From NCBI GenBank assembly GCA_050239825.1, contig JBFXGO010000011.1, positions 1 through 32,176 on the forward strand: a stretch of 32,176 bases of DNA, written 5' to 3'. The position numbers and the translations under genes are program-made. This stretch comes from a bacterium (GTDB lineage Bacteria > Hydrothermota > 32-111). Numbering within the stretch: position 1 is the stretch's first letter; each line of letters begins with the position of its first letter. The notes under the pieces were generated by a model. It did not search any database. It had not been told where the DNA came from and saw nothing but the letters and a program-made list of their open reading frames with translations. Positions 9,104 through 18,834 of the stretch are shown here, in pieces.

Positions 9104-11452
9104 TCAGCGGAGCTTGTATTCAAGAGACGAGAGATGTGCTATGAACTCTTTCTGAAACTCTGACAAATCTTCTGCGCTTAGTGTGCGTTCGCCGCTTCCC
9201 ACTATGTATCTGAATGTGATTGATTGGTATCCTGGTGCAATATTTTCGCCCTCATAGACAGATATCACCTTTACATTTCTGACGAGGTTGTGGGTGAATG
9301 ATGTCACTTTTGAATGAAAATCATTATAGAATTCCGTCTTCGGCTTCAAAATAGAAAAGTCAAGCATTGTCTGAGGATAGACAGAGAACATTTTAAACTT
9401 TTCAATTCTTGAAGTTTTATAAAAATAATCCATATTTATTTCGCAGTATGTCATATTGACTTTTTTATCCAGAAGTGAGTTTATCTGAGGGTGAAGGGCG
9501 CCTATGTATCCGCACGGTTTCTTGTCGGATATTATCTCTGCTGAAATGGACGGATTTATCATCTGATGCTTATCAGGATCGTTGAATTCGACATCATTAT
9601 AGGTCAGTCTCTTAGTAAGATTCTGTATAATCTCTTTCATTCTGAAAAATTGAGCTTCATCCCCCTTTTTTACTTTCTTGTCAACGAGTATCATCGCAAG
9701 AACCCTATCTTCTCCGGATTGTCTGAATGTTTGCCCTATTTCGTATAGGGAGAATGAATCGAATATTCTCAGATTTTCAAATGAGAATTTTAGAAGAGTC
9801 GGAAGAAGAGAAGTGCGCAGGTAAGTGTTGTCATTGGAAATCGGATTCTTCAGCTCGATAGGTTCAATGGGTTTATACGATATCTTTTTATTGAATTTGT
9901 TGTCATACCAAGGGTGCGAGTCCGTCTCATTCATTGAGAATGAATAAGTGAGCATGTCGCGTATGACATCGTCAATCTGCACTTTTACATTGAGAATCGG
10001 AGCTGTCATATTCTGCCTTGGCGGAGCGGGGATTATATTGTCGAATCCGTATATTCTCGAGACCTCCTCGACAATGTCCTCCTTTATCGAAATGTCTTTT
10101 GTTGAGCGGAATGTCGGAGCAGTCACAGTAATCATGTCTCCGTCCTCTTTCACTTCAAATTCAAGGGATTCAAGGATGGATTTTATTCTGTTATTGTCGA
10201 TTTTCTCTCCTATCAGGCGCTTTATAAATGAGTATTCAGTCCTGACAGTATTTCTTATAAAAGGATTGTAATTGATGTCAGTCACCCTGTGAGTCAACAC
10301 CGCCTTCGGCTGGTGAATTTTCATAAGATGCAGAAATCTGAGCGCTCCTGTAATGGCATTCTCAGGGTCAAGCGATTTTTCAAATCTTGCAGAGGAATCT
10401 GTTCTGAGACCCAATAAAACGGTTGATTTCCTGACATGGTGCGCATCAAATGTCGCTGATTCAAGGAACAGGGAAGATGTTAAGTCATTTATTTCGGAAT
10501 CCTCTCCTCCCATAATTCCTGCCACTGCGACAGGCTTATCGTCATTCTGTATCATAAGAGTATTTTTGGGCAGTTTCCTTGTGATTTTGTCGAGAGTCTT
10601 GAATTCAATATCCTCTTTGAGTGTGTCTATTGCAATCTTATCTACTCTGCTTCTGTCAAATGCATGAAGCGGCTGTCCGAGCTCAGTCATGACATAGTTA
10701 GTCAGATCAACAATCAGATTCTTGGGAGAGTGTCCGGTGTGGAACAATCTCACCTGAATATTCAAGGGAGACTGGACGATGCTCACATTTTTTAAAGCAG
10801 TTCCTACATACCTGTAACAAAGTTTTCTGTCTCTGATTTCTATTGGGAATTCCGGAAGTTCTTCAAAAGGTTTGGCGTCAAAAACAAGATACTTTTTGAG
10901 AGGTCTGTTAAAAATTGCGGCAATCTCTCTGGCAAAACCGTATATTCCCCAAAGGTCAGGTCTGTGGGTGAGGGATTTATTGTCAATTTCTATGACGGCG
11001 TCGTCATAGTCGCAGATATCTGATATGCTCTGCCCCTCTTTTAAATCATCGGATATTTCAAAAAGCTTTGAATGGTCATTGTTTATTCCCGCCTCTTTTC
11101 CGGAGAGAAGCATTCCCACAGAAATCTCTCCTGCCACTGATTTATCGGTTATTTTTACTTCATTGAGATATCCGCCGGGTTTTACGAAGAGTGTCATGAG
11201 ATTTTCTCTTGTATTGGGAGCTCCGCTTACCACATTATACTCTCTGTCGGCCAGAACTGTGCATTTGAAGTGCGTATCATCCATTTTGACTGCTTTAATT
11301 ATCTTTGCAGTCATTATTCCCGAATAGTAATCTTTTTTGAGGTATATGCCCTCTGTCTCGGCAGTTTTCATTGTGAGCAGAGATGATATCTCTTTGGGGT
11401 CTATGTCCTTTATGTCAACAAAATCATTCAGCCAATTCAATGATATTTTCAT
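9104..11452 (-). CDS. pheT: Phenylalanine--tRNA ligase beta subunit
   Basis: MKISLNWL, HRPDLWG, GQPLHAFD, AGIMGG, SARFEK and DIVEEVSRIYG motifs; C-terminal FDX-ACB domain. Confidence 0.97.
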   Translation of the reverse strand: MKISLNWLNDFVDIKDIDPKEISSLLTMKTAETEGIYLKKDYYSGIMTAKIIKAVKMDDTHFKCTVLADREYNVVSGAPNTRENLMTLFVKPGGYLNEVKITDKSVAGEISVGMLLSGKEAGINNDHSKLFEISDDLKEGQSISDICDYDDAVIEIDNKSLTHRPDLWGIYGFAREIAAIFNRPLKKYLVFDAKPFEELPEFPIEIRDRKLCYRYVGTALKNVSIVQSPLNIQVRLFHTGHSPKNLIVDLTNYVMTELGQPLHAFDRSRVDKIAIDTLKEDIEFKTLDKITRKLPKNTLMIQNDDKPVAVAGIMGGEDSEINDLTSSLFLESATFDAHHVRKSTVLLGLRTDSSARFEKSLDPENAITGALRFLHLMKIHQPKAVLTHRVTDINYNPFIRNTVRTEYSFIKRLIGEKIDNNRIKSILESLEFEVKEDGDMITVTAPTFRSTKDISIKEDIVEEVSRIYGFDNIIPAPPRQNMTAPILNVKVQIDDVIRDMLTYSFSMNETDSHPWYDNKFNKKISYKPIEPIELKNPISNDNTYLRTSLLPTLLKFSFENLRIFDSFSLYEIGQTFRQSGEDRVLAMILVDKKVKKGDEAQFFRMKEIIQNLTKRLTYNDVEFNDPDKHQMINPSISAEIISDKKPCGYIGALHPQINSLLDKKVNMTYCEINMDYFYKTSRIEKFKMFSVYPQTMLDFSILKPKTEFYNDFHSKVTSFTHNLVRNVKVISVYEGENIAPGYQSITFRYIVGSGERTLSAEDLSEFQKEFIAHLSSLEYKLR

Positions 11453-11455
11453 ATG

Positions 11456-12481
11456 TCACCTGAATTGCTTTAGAAACCTTAGGTCTCCGCTGTTTAAGAA
11501 TCGTATATCTCCAATTCCGTATTTCATCATTACAAGTCTTGTGAGCCCCAATCCGAAGGCAAATCCCGTATATCTCTCAGGGTCAATGTGTCCGTATCTT
11601 AAAACGCTCGGATGAACCATTCCGCACGGCATAAGCTCCAGCCATCCGCTGTTCTTGCATGTCTTGCAGCCGGCTCCGTTGCATATCAGGCAGTTTATGT
11701 CTAATTCAAAACCCGGTTCGACGAATGGGAAGTAGCCGGGGCGGAGACGCACCTTGACATCTCTCTTGAATATCTCCGACAAAACAAGCTTCATTACTGC
11801 TATAAGGTTGGCGATGCTGATGTTTTCATCCACCAAAAGCCCTTCGATCTGGTAGAATGCCGTTTCATGCGATGCATCCAGAGCTTCATATCTGAAGCAC
11901 TTGCCCGGAGCTATTATCTTCAACGGAGGCTTCATCTTCTCCATAGATCTTGCCTGACAGCAGGATGTATGGGTTCTCATTATCATGCTGTTTGCCAGAT
12001 AGAATGTATCCTGCATATCCCTTGCAGGATGAAATTTCGGGATATTGAGAGCTTCAAAATTGTAATATTCTGTCTCCATTTCAGGTCCGTCGACTACTGT
12101 AAAACCCATTCCGGTAAGAATTGCTTCAACCTCGCGCCTCACAATTGTTATTGGATGAAGAGACCCTTCATCAAAGCTGAAGACAGGCATTGACCAGTCT
12201 ATGCGGTCTTCCGATATTTTTCTTTCGATGAATTTTTGTTCTGCGAATTGTTTCTTCTCCGAGAGTATTCTGACCATTTCATTTTTTGTCGCATTGATTA
12301 TCCTTCCCATCTCCTTCTTTTCTTCAGGATCTTCAATTGAGCCGATGTTTTTCAACATTGACTGGATGTCGCTCTTTTTTCCGAGGTATTTAATTTCAAT
12401 ATTTCGGACTGCCTCCGGTGTGGAGGAAAGCTCTATTTCTCTAAGAAAAGAATTGTAAAAATCCTGAATGATTTTTTTCAT
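11456..12481 (-). CDS. pheS: Phenylalanine--tRNA ligase alpha subunit
   Basis: HPARDMQDTF, RTHTS, FYQIEG, YFPFVEP and GFAFGLG motifs; CxxC..GCxxC zinc site. Confidence 0.97.
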   Translation of the reverse strand: MKKIIQDFYNSFLREIELSSTPEAVRNIEIKYLGKKSDIQSMLKNIGSIEDPEEKKEMGRIINATKNEMVRILSEKKQFAEQKFIERKISEDRIDWSMPVFSFDEGSLHPITIVRREVEAILTGMGFTVVDGPEMETEYYNFEALNIPKFHPARDMQDTFYLANSMIMRTHTSCCQARSMEKMKPPLKIIAPGKCFRYEALDASHETAFYQIEGLLVDENISIANLIAVMKLVLSEIFKRDVKVRLRPGYFPFVEPGFELDINCLICNGAGCKTCKNSGWLELMPCGMVHPSVLRYGHIDPERYTGFAFGLGLTRLVMMKYGIGDIRFLNSGDLRFLKQFR

Positions 12482-12490
12482 AGATAATAT

Positions 12491-12518
12491 ATTTTACAGA
12501 AAAGATAAAAAAATGCAA
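12491..12518 (-). promoter_or_regulatory. Putative pheS promoter (near-leaderless transcript)
   Basis: TTGCAT-16 bp-TAAAAT with 9 nt between the -10 box and the ATG; no SD. Confidence 0.5.
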
Positions 12519-12534
12519 GAAGAAAAGAATGAAT

Positions 12535-12562
12535 AAAAAAAAGCGAGGCGTCAAGCCCCGCT
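12535..12562 (-). terminator. Rho-independent terminator after the Lrp/AsnC-domain gene
   Basis: Minus strand reads AGCGGGGC-TTGAC-GCCTCGCT followed by a T run. Confidence 0.8.
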
Positions 12563-12588
12563 AAAAAGATAAATTTTGAAAAAAGTAT

Positions 12589-12828
12589 TTAGTCTCCGTT
12601 GACTACTATGCAGGTGACTGTCCTCTGTATTCCGTCAATCTTCTGGATTTTGTTCACTATCTCATCTGCCAGATGTTTTGTGCTCTCTGCATGCACAAGA
12701 GCGATAAGGTCATGAAGTCCGGTGACTACATGCGCGTGTTCGATCTCTTTGAGTTTCTTGACTTCGTTGAGTACTGTCAGTGCCTTTCCGGCTTCTGTGT
12801 TGATTAGAAGATACGCTAAAAGTTTCAT
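12589..12828 (-). CDS. Stand-alone Lrp/AsnC ligand-binding (RAM) domain protein, no HTH
   Basis: AYLLIN, HVVTGLHDLIALV and IQKIDGIQRTVT motifs; 79 aa; SD AGGAGG. Confidence 0.9.
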   Translation of the reverse strand: MKLLAYLLINTEAGKALTVLNEVKKLKEIEHAHVVTGLHDLIALVHAESTKHLADEIVNKIQKIDGIQRTVTCIVVNGD

Positions 12829-12840
12829 GTGAAACCTCCT

Positions 12841-14403
12841 TTAGAAATATAGTGTTATCCTTGTTCCTTTGTCTTCTTTGTTCCCGACTTCGATTCTTCC
12901 GCCCATTGTGTCCAAAATCTCCTTTACTATTGAAAGTCCGAGACCCGTGCCTGTTTTAGAGTGAACAGCCTCATCCTCTCTTTTGAATGACTCAAACATT
13001 TGTGGTATCATCTTCTTGGGTATTCCGGGACCCTCATCTTCTATTGAAACAATATGGCGCCACCTTGATTCTTCAAGTTTTGTGCCTTCATAGATTACTT
13101 CAACAGTTCCGCTATGAGGAGAAAATTTTATTGCATTGTCTATTATCTGGTAAAAAATATGCTTTACTGCATTGATATCTCCTTTTATGAAAATGTCCGA
13201 ATCAAAGTTTGTCACTTTGAAATATATATCCTTTTTAAGTATCTTCAATGTGAATGTGTTGCCTATATCGAGCATTATTGTGTTCAGTTTTATCTCTTCG
13301 GCTTTAAGGCCTAAAAGGTCTGAAGATTCCTTGTAATCGATAATGTTCGAGAGTATATTTGCGAATCTGTCGGTTTCGCTTTTAAGAATAGTCAGAAACT
13401 CCTTTTGAGTCGGCGTCAGTTCTGATGAAGAGAAATCAGAAAGAAGTATCTGCACCGAACCCATAATGGCAGTCATTGGAGTTCTTAGCTCATGAGCGAT
13501 ATTGGTCACGAGTTTCTGTTTCTCCATGTTTATATCTTCAGTGTTGATGAAATAGAAGAGGACATTGTGAATCATCCTCTCGGGATTTAGGTACTTCATC
13601 TGAAAATTATAAATATTTTCATAATTGTTGTTTATTTTTACATTCTTTATGATATGTTCGCTTGATTTTGTTACAATCTCTTCGAAAATTGATTTTATAT
13701 TCACATTTTCGGAGTTTTGGTTTGTAACTTTAAGAACATCAAAGACGGATTTTCCGACTGCATCTTCAATATTCAAGGTCTCTTTTGCTTGATTGGAGCA
13801 TTCTTCAATTTTCCCTAAAGTGTTTGTCATTAAAAACGGGAAAGGAAGATTCTCGACAAGATATCTGTTTATTGTATATATTTTTCTGTCCAGAACCGAT
13901 ATCTTCATTTTGGAGAGAAAATCAGAGATGTTTAGTGTTAACTGCTTCATAACCTGCAGATCCGAATCCGTGAATAGAGTGTTCTTGTCCCTGTTGAATG
14001 CTATCAATCCTCCAATCGGTTTATTTGCCAAAAGCAGGGGGGTGCCTATCATCGTAATCGGCATGAGAATATTTGAGGAAGCTGAATCCGGTCTGAAAAA
14101 TGGCTGGTCTATGGATTTGGATATAACAACATCCTTTGCGTTTTGAAAAATATATCCTTCGACGGATTCATCCTCAAGAAGCGTCTGAAATACAATCTGT
14201 GAATCATTCTTCCCATAAGCGGCTACATATATAAGCTTTCCTCCTTCATTCATGAATACCGCCGATGTGTTTGAATGTATGAGATAATTGAGACCTGAAA
14301 GCAGGAAATTCAAATCATATATGCTTTTAATCTGAAAATTGGAAAGTTTTGTCAGCAGATTCTTGTCGTCCGGTTTGTTCTGAAGATCCAGGTCGAAGAT
14401 CAT
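12841..14403 (-). CDS. Cytoplasmic GAF/PAS sensor histidine kinase
   Basis: H box AHELRTPMTAI, N box DNAIKFS, G1 DEGPGIP, G2 GTGLGLSIV; GAF-like GTPLL..KPIGGLIAFNR..FTDSD; no TM segment. Confidence 0.92.
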   Translation of the reverse strand: MIFDLDLQNKPDDKNLLTKLSNFQIKSIYDLNFLLSGLNYLIHSNTSAVFMNEGGKLIYVAAYGKNDSQIVFQTLLEDESVEGYIFQNAKDVVISKSIDQPFFRPDSASSNILMPITMIGTPLLLANKPIGGLIAFNRDKNTLFTDSDLQVMKQLTLNISDFLSKMKISVLDRKIYTINRYLVENLPFPFLMTNTLGKIEECSNQAKETLNIEDAVGKSVFDVLKVTNQNSENVNIKSIFEEIVTKSSEHIIKNVKINNNYENIYNFQMKYLNPERMIHNVLFYFINTEDINMEKQKLVTNIAHELRTPMTAIMGSVQILLSDFSSSELTPTQKEFLTILKSETDRFANILSNIIDYKESSDLLGLKAEEIKLNTIMLDIGNTFTLKILKKDIYFKVTNFDSDIFIKGDINAVKHIFYQIIDNAIKFSPHSGTVEVIYEGTKLEESRWRHIVSIEDEGPGIPKKMIPQMFESFKREDEAVHSKTGTGLGLSIVKEILDTMGGRIEVGNKEDKGTRITLYF

Positions 14404-14786
14404 TTTGATTCGACGGAAAGAGCTTTATTGATTCTTGAAACCAGATCTTTTAAGTTAAAGGGCTTGACCACATAATCATTGATGCCAATGTTGAATCCCT
14501 TGTTTTTGTCTTCAACATTTGATTTGGCTGTGAGAAATATGATGGGTATATTCTTTGTCGCGTCGTTCTTTCTCAGATTGGCGGCCAGTTCAAACCCGTC
14601 CATGACAGGCATCATTATATCGGTGAGCACGAGGTCTATGTGCTCTTTGCTGATGATGTCGATTGCCTCCTGTCCGTTATGGGCTTTGATAATTTCAAAA
14701 CCGCTCTGTTTTAGAGTAAATGCCATGATGTCAACAAGAAAAATGTCGTCATCAACTATCAGCAATGTCTTTTTTCTTTCTTCCAT
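14400..14786 (-). CDS. Single-domain response regulator (receiver only)
   Basis: LIVDDD, LTDIMMPVMDG, FLTA and YVVKPF motifs; 128 aa. Confidence 0.95.
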   Translation of the reverse strand: MEERKKTLLIVDDDIFLVDIMAFTLKQSGFEIIKAHNGQEAIDIISKEHIDLVLTDIMMPVMDGFELAANLRKNDATKNIPIIFLTAKSNVEDKNKGFNIGINDYVVKPFNLKDLVSRINKALSVESK

Positions 14787-14851
14787 CTATACTCCAATTT
14801 TAAGATTATAGATTTTTCGCAATCTGCTCTTTATTTCAAATCAACATATTT

Positions 14852-14880
14852 ATTATATATTGAGAGTAAAAAAAAATCAA
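14852..14880 (-). promoter_or_regulatory. Putative promoter of the receiver-kinase-Lrp operon
   Basis: Minus strand TTGATT-17 bp-TATAAT. Confidence 0.45.
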
Positions 14881-14938
14881 TATGCAATTTACCGAATTAT
14901 TGACGGAAGCCATATTAAAAAAGATGTAAAGATTTCTA

Positions 14939-14966
14939 TTTACATTTTGTTAAAATTTTGTATAAT
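14939..14966 (+). promoter_or_regulatory. Promoter of the tRNA-Leu/cyclase unit
   Basis: TTTACA-16 bp-TATAAT, 10 nt upstream of the tRNA. Confidence 0.65.
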
Positions 14967-14976
14967 ACAAATTCAT

Positions 14977-15061
14977 GTCGAAGTGGCGGAATTTGGTAGA
15001 CGCGTTAGATTCAGGTTCTAATGGGGGTTTCTCTGTGGGGGTTCAAATCCCCCCTTCGACA
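14977..15061 (+). tRNA. tRNA-Leu (anticodon CAG), CCA not encoded
   Basis: Acceptor stem GTCGAAG/CTTCGAC+A; anticodon arm TTAGA-TTCAGGT-TCTAA; long variable arm; T arm GGGGG-TTCAAAT-CCCCC. Confidence 0.95.
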
Positions 15062-15066
15062 CTTAA

Positions 15067-18000
15067 ATGAAAATGGACGATAAAAAAAATATAGAATATC
15101 TCGAATCATGCATCACCGGATTTAAAAGATACCTTCCCAAAAGGATTGTTGAAAAAATACTTACGAATCCATACAATGTGCGTGTTGAGAGCGAACGCAG
15201 ATTCGTAACGATACTCTTTGGAGATATATCCGGATTTACCGCTTTGTCGGAAAGGCTTGACCCTGAAGATGTCATTAAGGTTATAAACAAGTATTTTACA
15301 AAGATGTGCAGGATAGTCGACAAGTACGGAGGAGATATCGACAAGTTCATCGGGGATGCCGTACTCGTTGTCTTCGGCGCTCCTGTCGCCCACGAAGATG
15401 ATCCGGAAAGGGCGATCAGGGCGGCTTTGGAGATGCAGAAGGCGATGGCAACGATAGAACCGGTTTATGCGAAGGGAGAGTATGTGAAGGTGACCATGCA
15501 CATAGGAATAAATACCGGTGAAGTTGTCGCTCTTAATATGGGAGTGGATGACAGAATGGAGTATACGGTGATGGGAGACAATGTCAATCTCACATCACGA
15601 CTTGAAGGAGTGGCACAGTCGGGAGAGATTGTAATACCTGACAGGACATACAAATATGTAAAAGACATATTCGATTTTGATGTGCTTGAGCCTGTAATGG
15701 TGAAAGGGAAAAAAGAACCCATTCCCATATACAGAGTCAAAGGAGTAAGGGATTCTGTCAAATCTGAGGATTCATACTCTTTTATCGGAAGCAGTCAGCT
15801 TAAAGACAGGCCTGTAGAGCTGATAAACGAATTCCTCGGGCATGAGCAGTTTTCTTATGCTGTGACAGGAGAATCAGGCACGGGAAAGACAAAATATTTT
15901 CAATATATAATCGACAAAGCAGACAGGAAAAACATAAGCATCTATGAAATTACAGGCAAGTCATTCTTCTCTTCAACTCCTTTGATGCCTCTCAAAGAGT
16001 TTGTGGCATCCCTTCTAAAATTTTCCATTGATGCATCAAAAGAGGAGATAAAAGAGAAAATAAACAACAGCATGCTTGAAGATGATAGGGAGGGGTTATA
16101 CCTTCTCTTCAATCTTGATGAGAATCAGTGGGATGAAAATGAATTTATAAGGCGTGTTTCATACTCTTTGGAATCTCTTATATCAGGGCGATGCGCCAAG
16201 GGAAAACATTTAATTGTGATTTCGGATCTTCATTTTTTTGATTCTCTTTCGGAGATTCTGGTTAAGAGGGTTTATGACAGGATTCGCTCCAATAAAAATA
16301 TTTCATTTCTTTTAAGTTCGAGAAACAGGATAGATTTCAAATACATCGAACTTGCATCTCTTGAGCAGTTTGACATCCAGATGACGGAAACACTCGTCTG
16401 TGACAGACTCTCGGGAAAAACCGCAGGCAAAGATCTTGTGAATGCCGTATATGAAAAGTCAGGCGGAAACCCCTACTATATAGTAGAACTTCTTGCTCTT
16501 TTGATAAGTAAGGGAGGGATTGAAGAGAAAGACGGAGCGGTCTGTCTGGCCGGCAGGAGCTTATCGATTGTTCCGGATTCCCTCAAATCAGTCTTCCTTG
16601 AACAGCTTGACAAGCTTGATGAGAAGGAGAAGCTTTTTCTCCAATACTCCTCTCTGCTTGGACAGGAATTCAGGAAGATTGACACTGCGGAACTGTTGAA
16701 ATTTAACGCCAAAGAGGCGGATGACTATATCAAGAGCCTTACACTTAAGGGATACATCTCTTTCATTGATGCGGAGAGATACTCGTTTTCATCTGCTCTC
16801 TTTTTTGAAGCAGTTTATAACTCCCTTACAAAAGACAAAAGAACAGCTCTCCATGATGCCATAGGACTATATCTTGAAAGCAGGCATGCAGAACCGAATG
16901 AGAATCTTATCCGCACAATTGCGCGGCACTTTGAACTTTCAGGAAATATCCACAAGGCGCCACTATATCTGGAAAAAGCGGCTTTGTTCGACAGAAAATA
17001 TTTTTCATACAGACAAGCCGTTGAAAAGTATGAAAAGGCTTTTGAATTTTATGAAGCCGCCAGAAATACCAAAGCGGCGGCGGAAACAACCCTTCGAATA
17101 GCAGGCATCTATCTTGCGGTTGGCAATGCCAAAAGCGGCATTGAATCCCTTGATTCCAGAAGAGATATACTTCTCACAGACAGAGACACCGAAGCGCAGT
17201 ATTATTTTTTCAGAGGAATCCTTCTGGACAAGTCGGGAGACGCGGCAAATGCGGAGGTTGAGTATGATAAGGCAATTGCACTTGCTGAAGCTGACTCCAA
17301 CAAACAACTGATTGCGAAGATTTTCAACTCATACGGAATTATGAAGTCTGCCGCCGGAGATTACGCGAATGCTCTCAATTATTTCAATAAAGCTCTCGAC
17401 TTAAGCATCAAATTGAACAATTTGAATGACATTGCAAGTCAGTACATCAACATGGGCAAAATCTACGGAATTACCAATGAATTTGAGAATGCTTTAAAAT
17501 ACTATGAATTAGCTCTGGACATACAGTCTTCACGGAAGGACAAAAGAGGTATGGTGCTCACCCTCGTCAACGCAGGAACAATTTATGACAGCTTGGGAAA
17601 CCAGCAGAAAGCAGAAGAATGTTACACTAAGGCGCTGACGAATGCAATCGAAACATCGGATGACATAGAGAAGGCGAGAATTCTGAACAATCTGGCGAAT
17701 ATAAAATTCATGTCGAGCAGGTTTGACGAAGCATTGAAAGATTACAAAGAATCGGCTCTTGCATATGAGTCCCTTGAAGATAAGCGTGGCATGGCAGAAG
17801 TCTATGCTAACATGGCGGAGATAGATGTCATGTTCGGAGAATTCTTAGCCGCTAAGCCATTATTTGAAAAGGTTCTTAAACTATGCGAAGAAACATCTCA
17901 TCACCATTTAAAACTCTATGCGGAAATAAATTATGCCAATAACCTATCTTTCCTCGGTTATCTTGAAGAGGCTGAGAATCTTCTTTTAAGCGTGATTGAG

Positions 18001-18834
18001 GACTCCAAGAGGATGGGTATTCCGGATTTCACCGCTCTGGCAGGCAATATACTTGCAAAAGTAAACGGACTCTCGGCTGATCTTGAGAGTGAAAACAGCA
18101 TACTTCAGGATTCTTTGAAATTAGCCAAAGAAATAAAGAATCCGGATATTGAATTTTCGATCAAATCAACCATAGTAAAGACATACATACAGATGAACAA
18201 GCTTGAAGATGCTGAAAAGACAGCAAAAGAAATCTTTGATTTTGCCTCTTCGACAAACAATGAAATGCTTCTGTCGGACGCGATGGCGAGTCTTGCGGAT
18301 ATATATCAGAAGAAGAATGATCAGGAAAAGCTTTCGGAGATAGCATCCGTCTCTTTTGACCTGGCGGAAAAATCAAAATCCAAACTCTCTCTCGTGCGAA
18401 ACATAATAGTCCTTTCAAGATTTTATCTGCTGATGTCAGACACAACAAGCTGTGAAGAGATTCTTAAAAAAGGCGAAGAGGCGGCAAGACAGATGGGAAG
18501 CCTTGAACATATAATTATCATCAACAGGATATCCGATGCACTGTATGAAAAGACATCAAATGTCAGGATGAGGCACAATTCCCTTATGAAATGCGTTAAT
18601 GCAATTGAAGAGTATGTTGAGAGAGCGGGAAAGAAAAACTACATGAATCTGATAATGAAGAGAGGGTTCATCAATTTTTACACGCACTACATAAATGTAA
18701 TGATTGAGCTTCATGATGAAAAAATCATCAGGGAACAGCTTAAAAATTATAACAGACGCACTATAGAGATGACACTTAAAAGCATGCTTGAAAAAAATAT
18801 TATTTCGGATAAGACATATTCGGAGCTGATATGA
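15067..18834 (+). CDS. Class III adenylate cyclase fused to a STAND-like NTPase and TPR repeats
   Basis: Cyclase motifs GDISGFT, DKFIGDA, IGINTG and YTVMGDNVNLTSRLE; Walker A GESGTGKT; SGGNPYY (GxP); many TPR repeats. Confidence 0.92.
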   Translation: MKMDDKKNIEYLESCITGFKRYLPKRIVEKILTNPYNVRVESERRFVTILFGDISGFTALSERLDPEDVIKVINKYFTKMCRIVDKYGGDIDKFIGDAVLVVFGAPVAHEDDPERAIRAALEMQKAMATIEPVYAKGEYVKVTMHIGINTGEVVALNMGVDDRMEYTVMGDNVNLTSRLEGVAQSGEIVIPDRTYKYVKDIFDFDVLEPVMVKGKKEPIPIYRVKGVRDSVKSEDSYSFIGSSQLKDRPVELINEFLGHEQFSYAVTGESGTGKTKYFQYIIDKADRKNISIYEITGKSFFSSTPLMPLKEFVASLLKFSIDASKEEIKEKINNSMLEDDREGLYLLFNLDENQWDENEFIRRVSYSLESLISGRCAKGKHLIVISDLHFFDSLSEILVKRVYDRIRSNKNISFLLSSRNRIDFKYIELASLEQFDIQMTETLVCDRLSGKTAGKDLVNAVYEKSGGNPYYIVELLALLISKGGIEEKDGAVCLAGRSLSIVPDSLKSVFLEQLDKLDEKEKLFLQYSSLLGQEFRKIDTAELLKFNAKEADDYIKSLTLKGYISFIDAERYSFSSALFFEAVYNSLTKDKRTALHDAIGLYLESRHAEPNENLIRTIARHFELSGNIHKAPLYLEKAALFDRKYFSYRQAVEKYEKAFEFYEAARNTKAAAETTLRIAGIYLAVGNAKSGIESLDSRRDILLTDRDTEAQYYFFRGILLDKSGDAANAEVEYDKAIALAEADSNKQLIAKIFNSYGIMKSAAGDYANALNYFNKALDLSIKLNNLNDIASQYINMGKIYGITNEFENALKYYELALDIQSSRKDKRGMVLTLVNAGTIYDSLGNQQKAEECYTKALTNAIETSDDIEKARILNNLANIKFMSSRFDEALKDYKESALAYESLEDKRGMAEVYANMAEIDVMFGEFLAAKPLFEKVLKLCEETSHHHLKLYAEINYANNLSFLGYLEEAENLLLSVIEDSKRMGIPDFTALAGNILAKVNGLSADLESENSILQDSLKLAKEIKNPDIEFSIKSTIVKTYIQMNKLEDAEKTAKEIFDFASSTNNEMLLSDAMASLADIYQKKNDQEKLSEIASVSFDLAEKSKSKLSLVRNIIVLSRFYLLMSDTTSCEEILKKGEEAARQMGSLEHIIIINRISDALYEKTSNVRMRHNSLMKCVNAIEEYVERAGKKNYMNLIMKRGFINFYTHYINVMIELHDEKIIREQLKNYNRRTIEMTLKSMLEKNIISDKTYSELI

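Noticed and set aside
11450..11462. In-frame TGA-CAT-ATG junction suggesting a PheS-PheT read-through fusion
   Set aside because: pheT has its own SD (AGGTGA), and TGA acts as a normal stop throughout the window.
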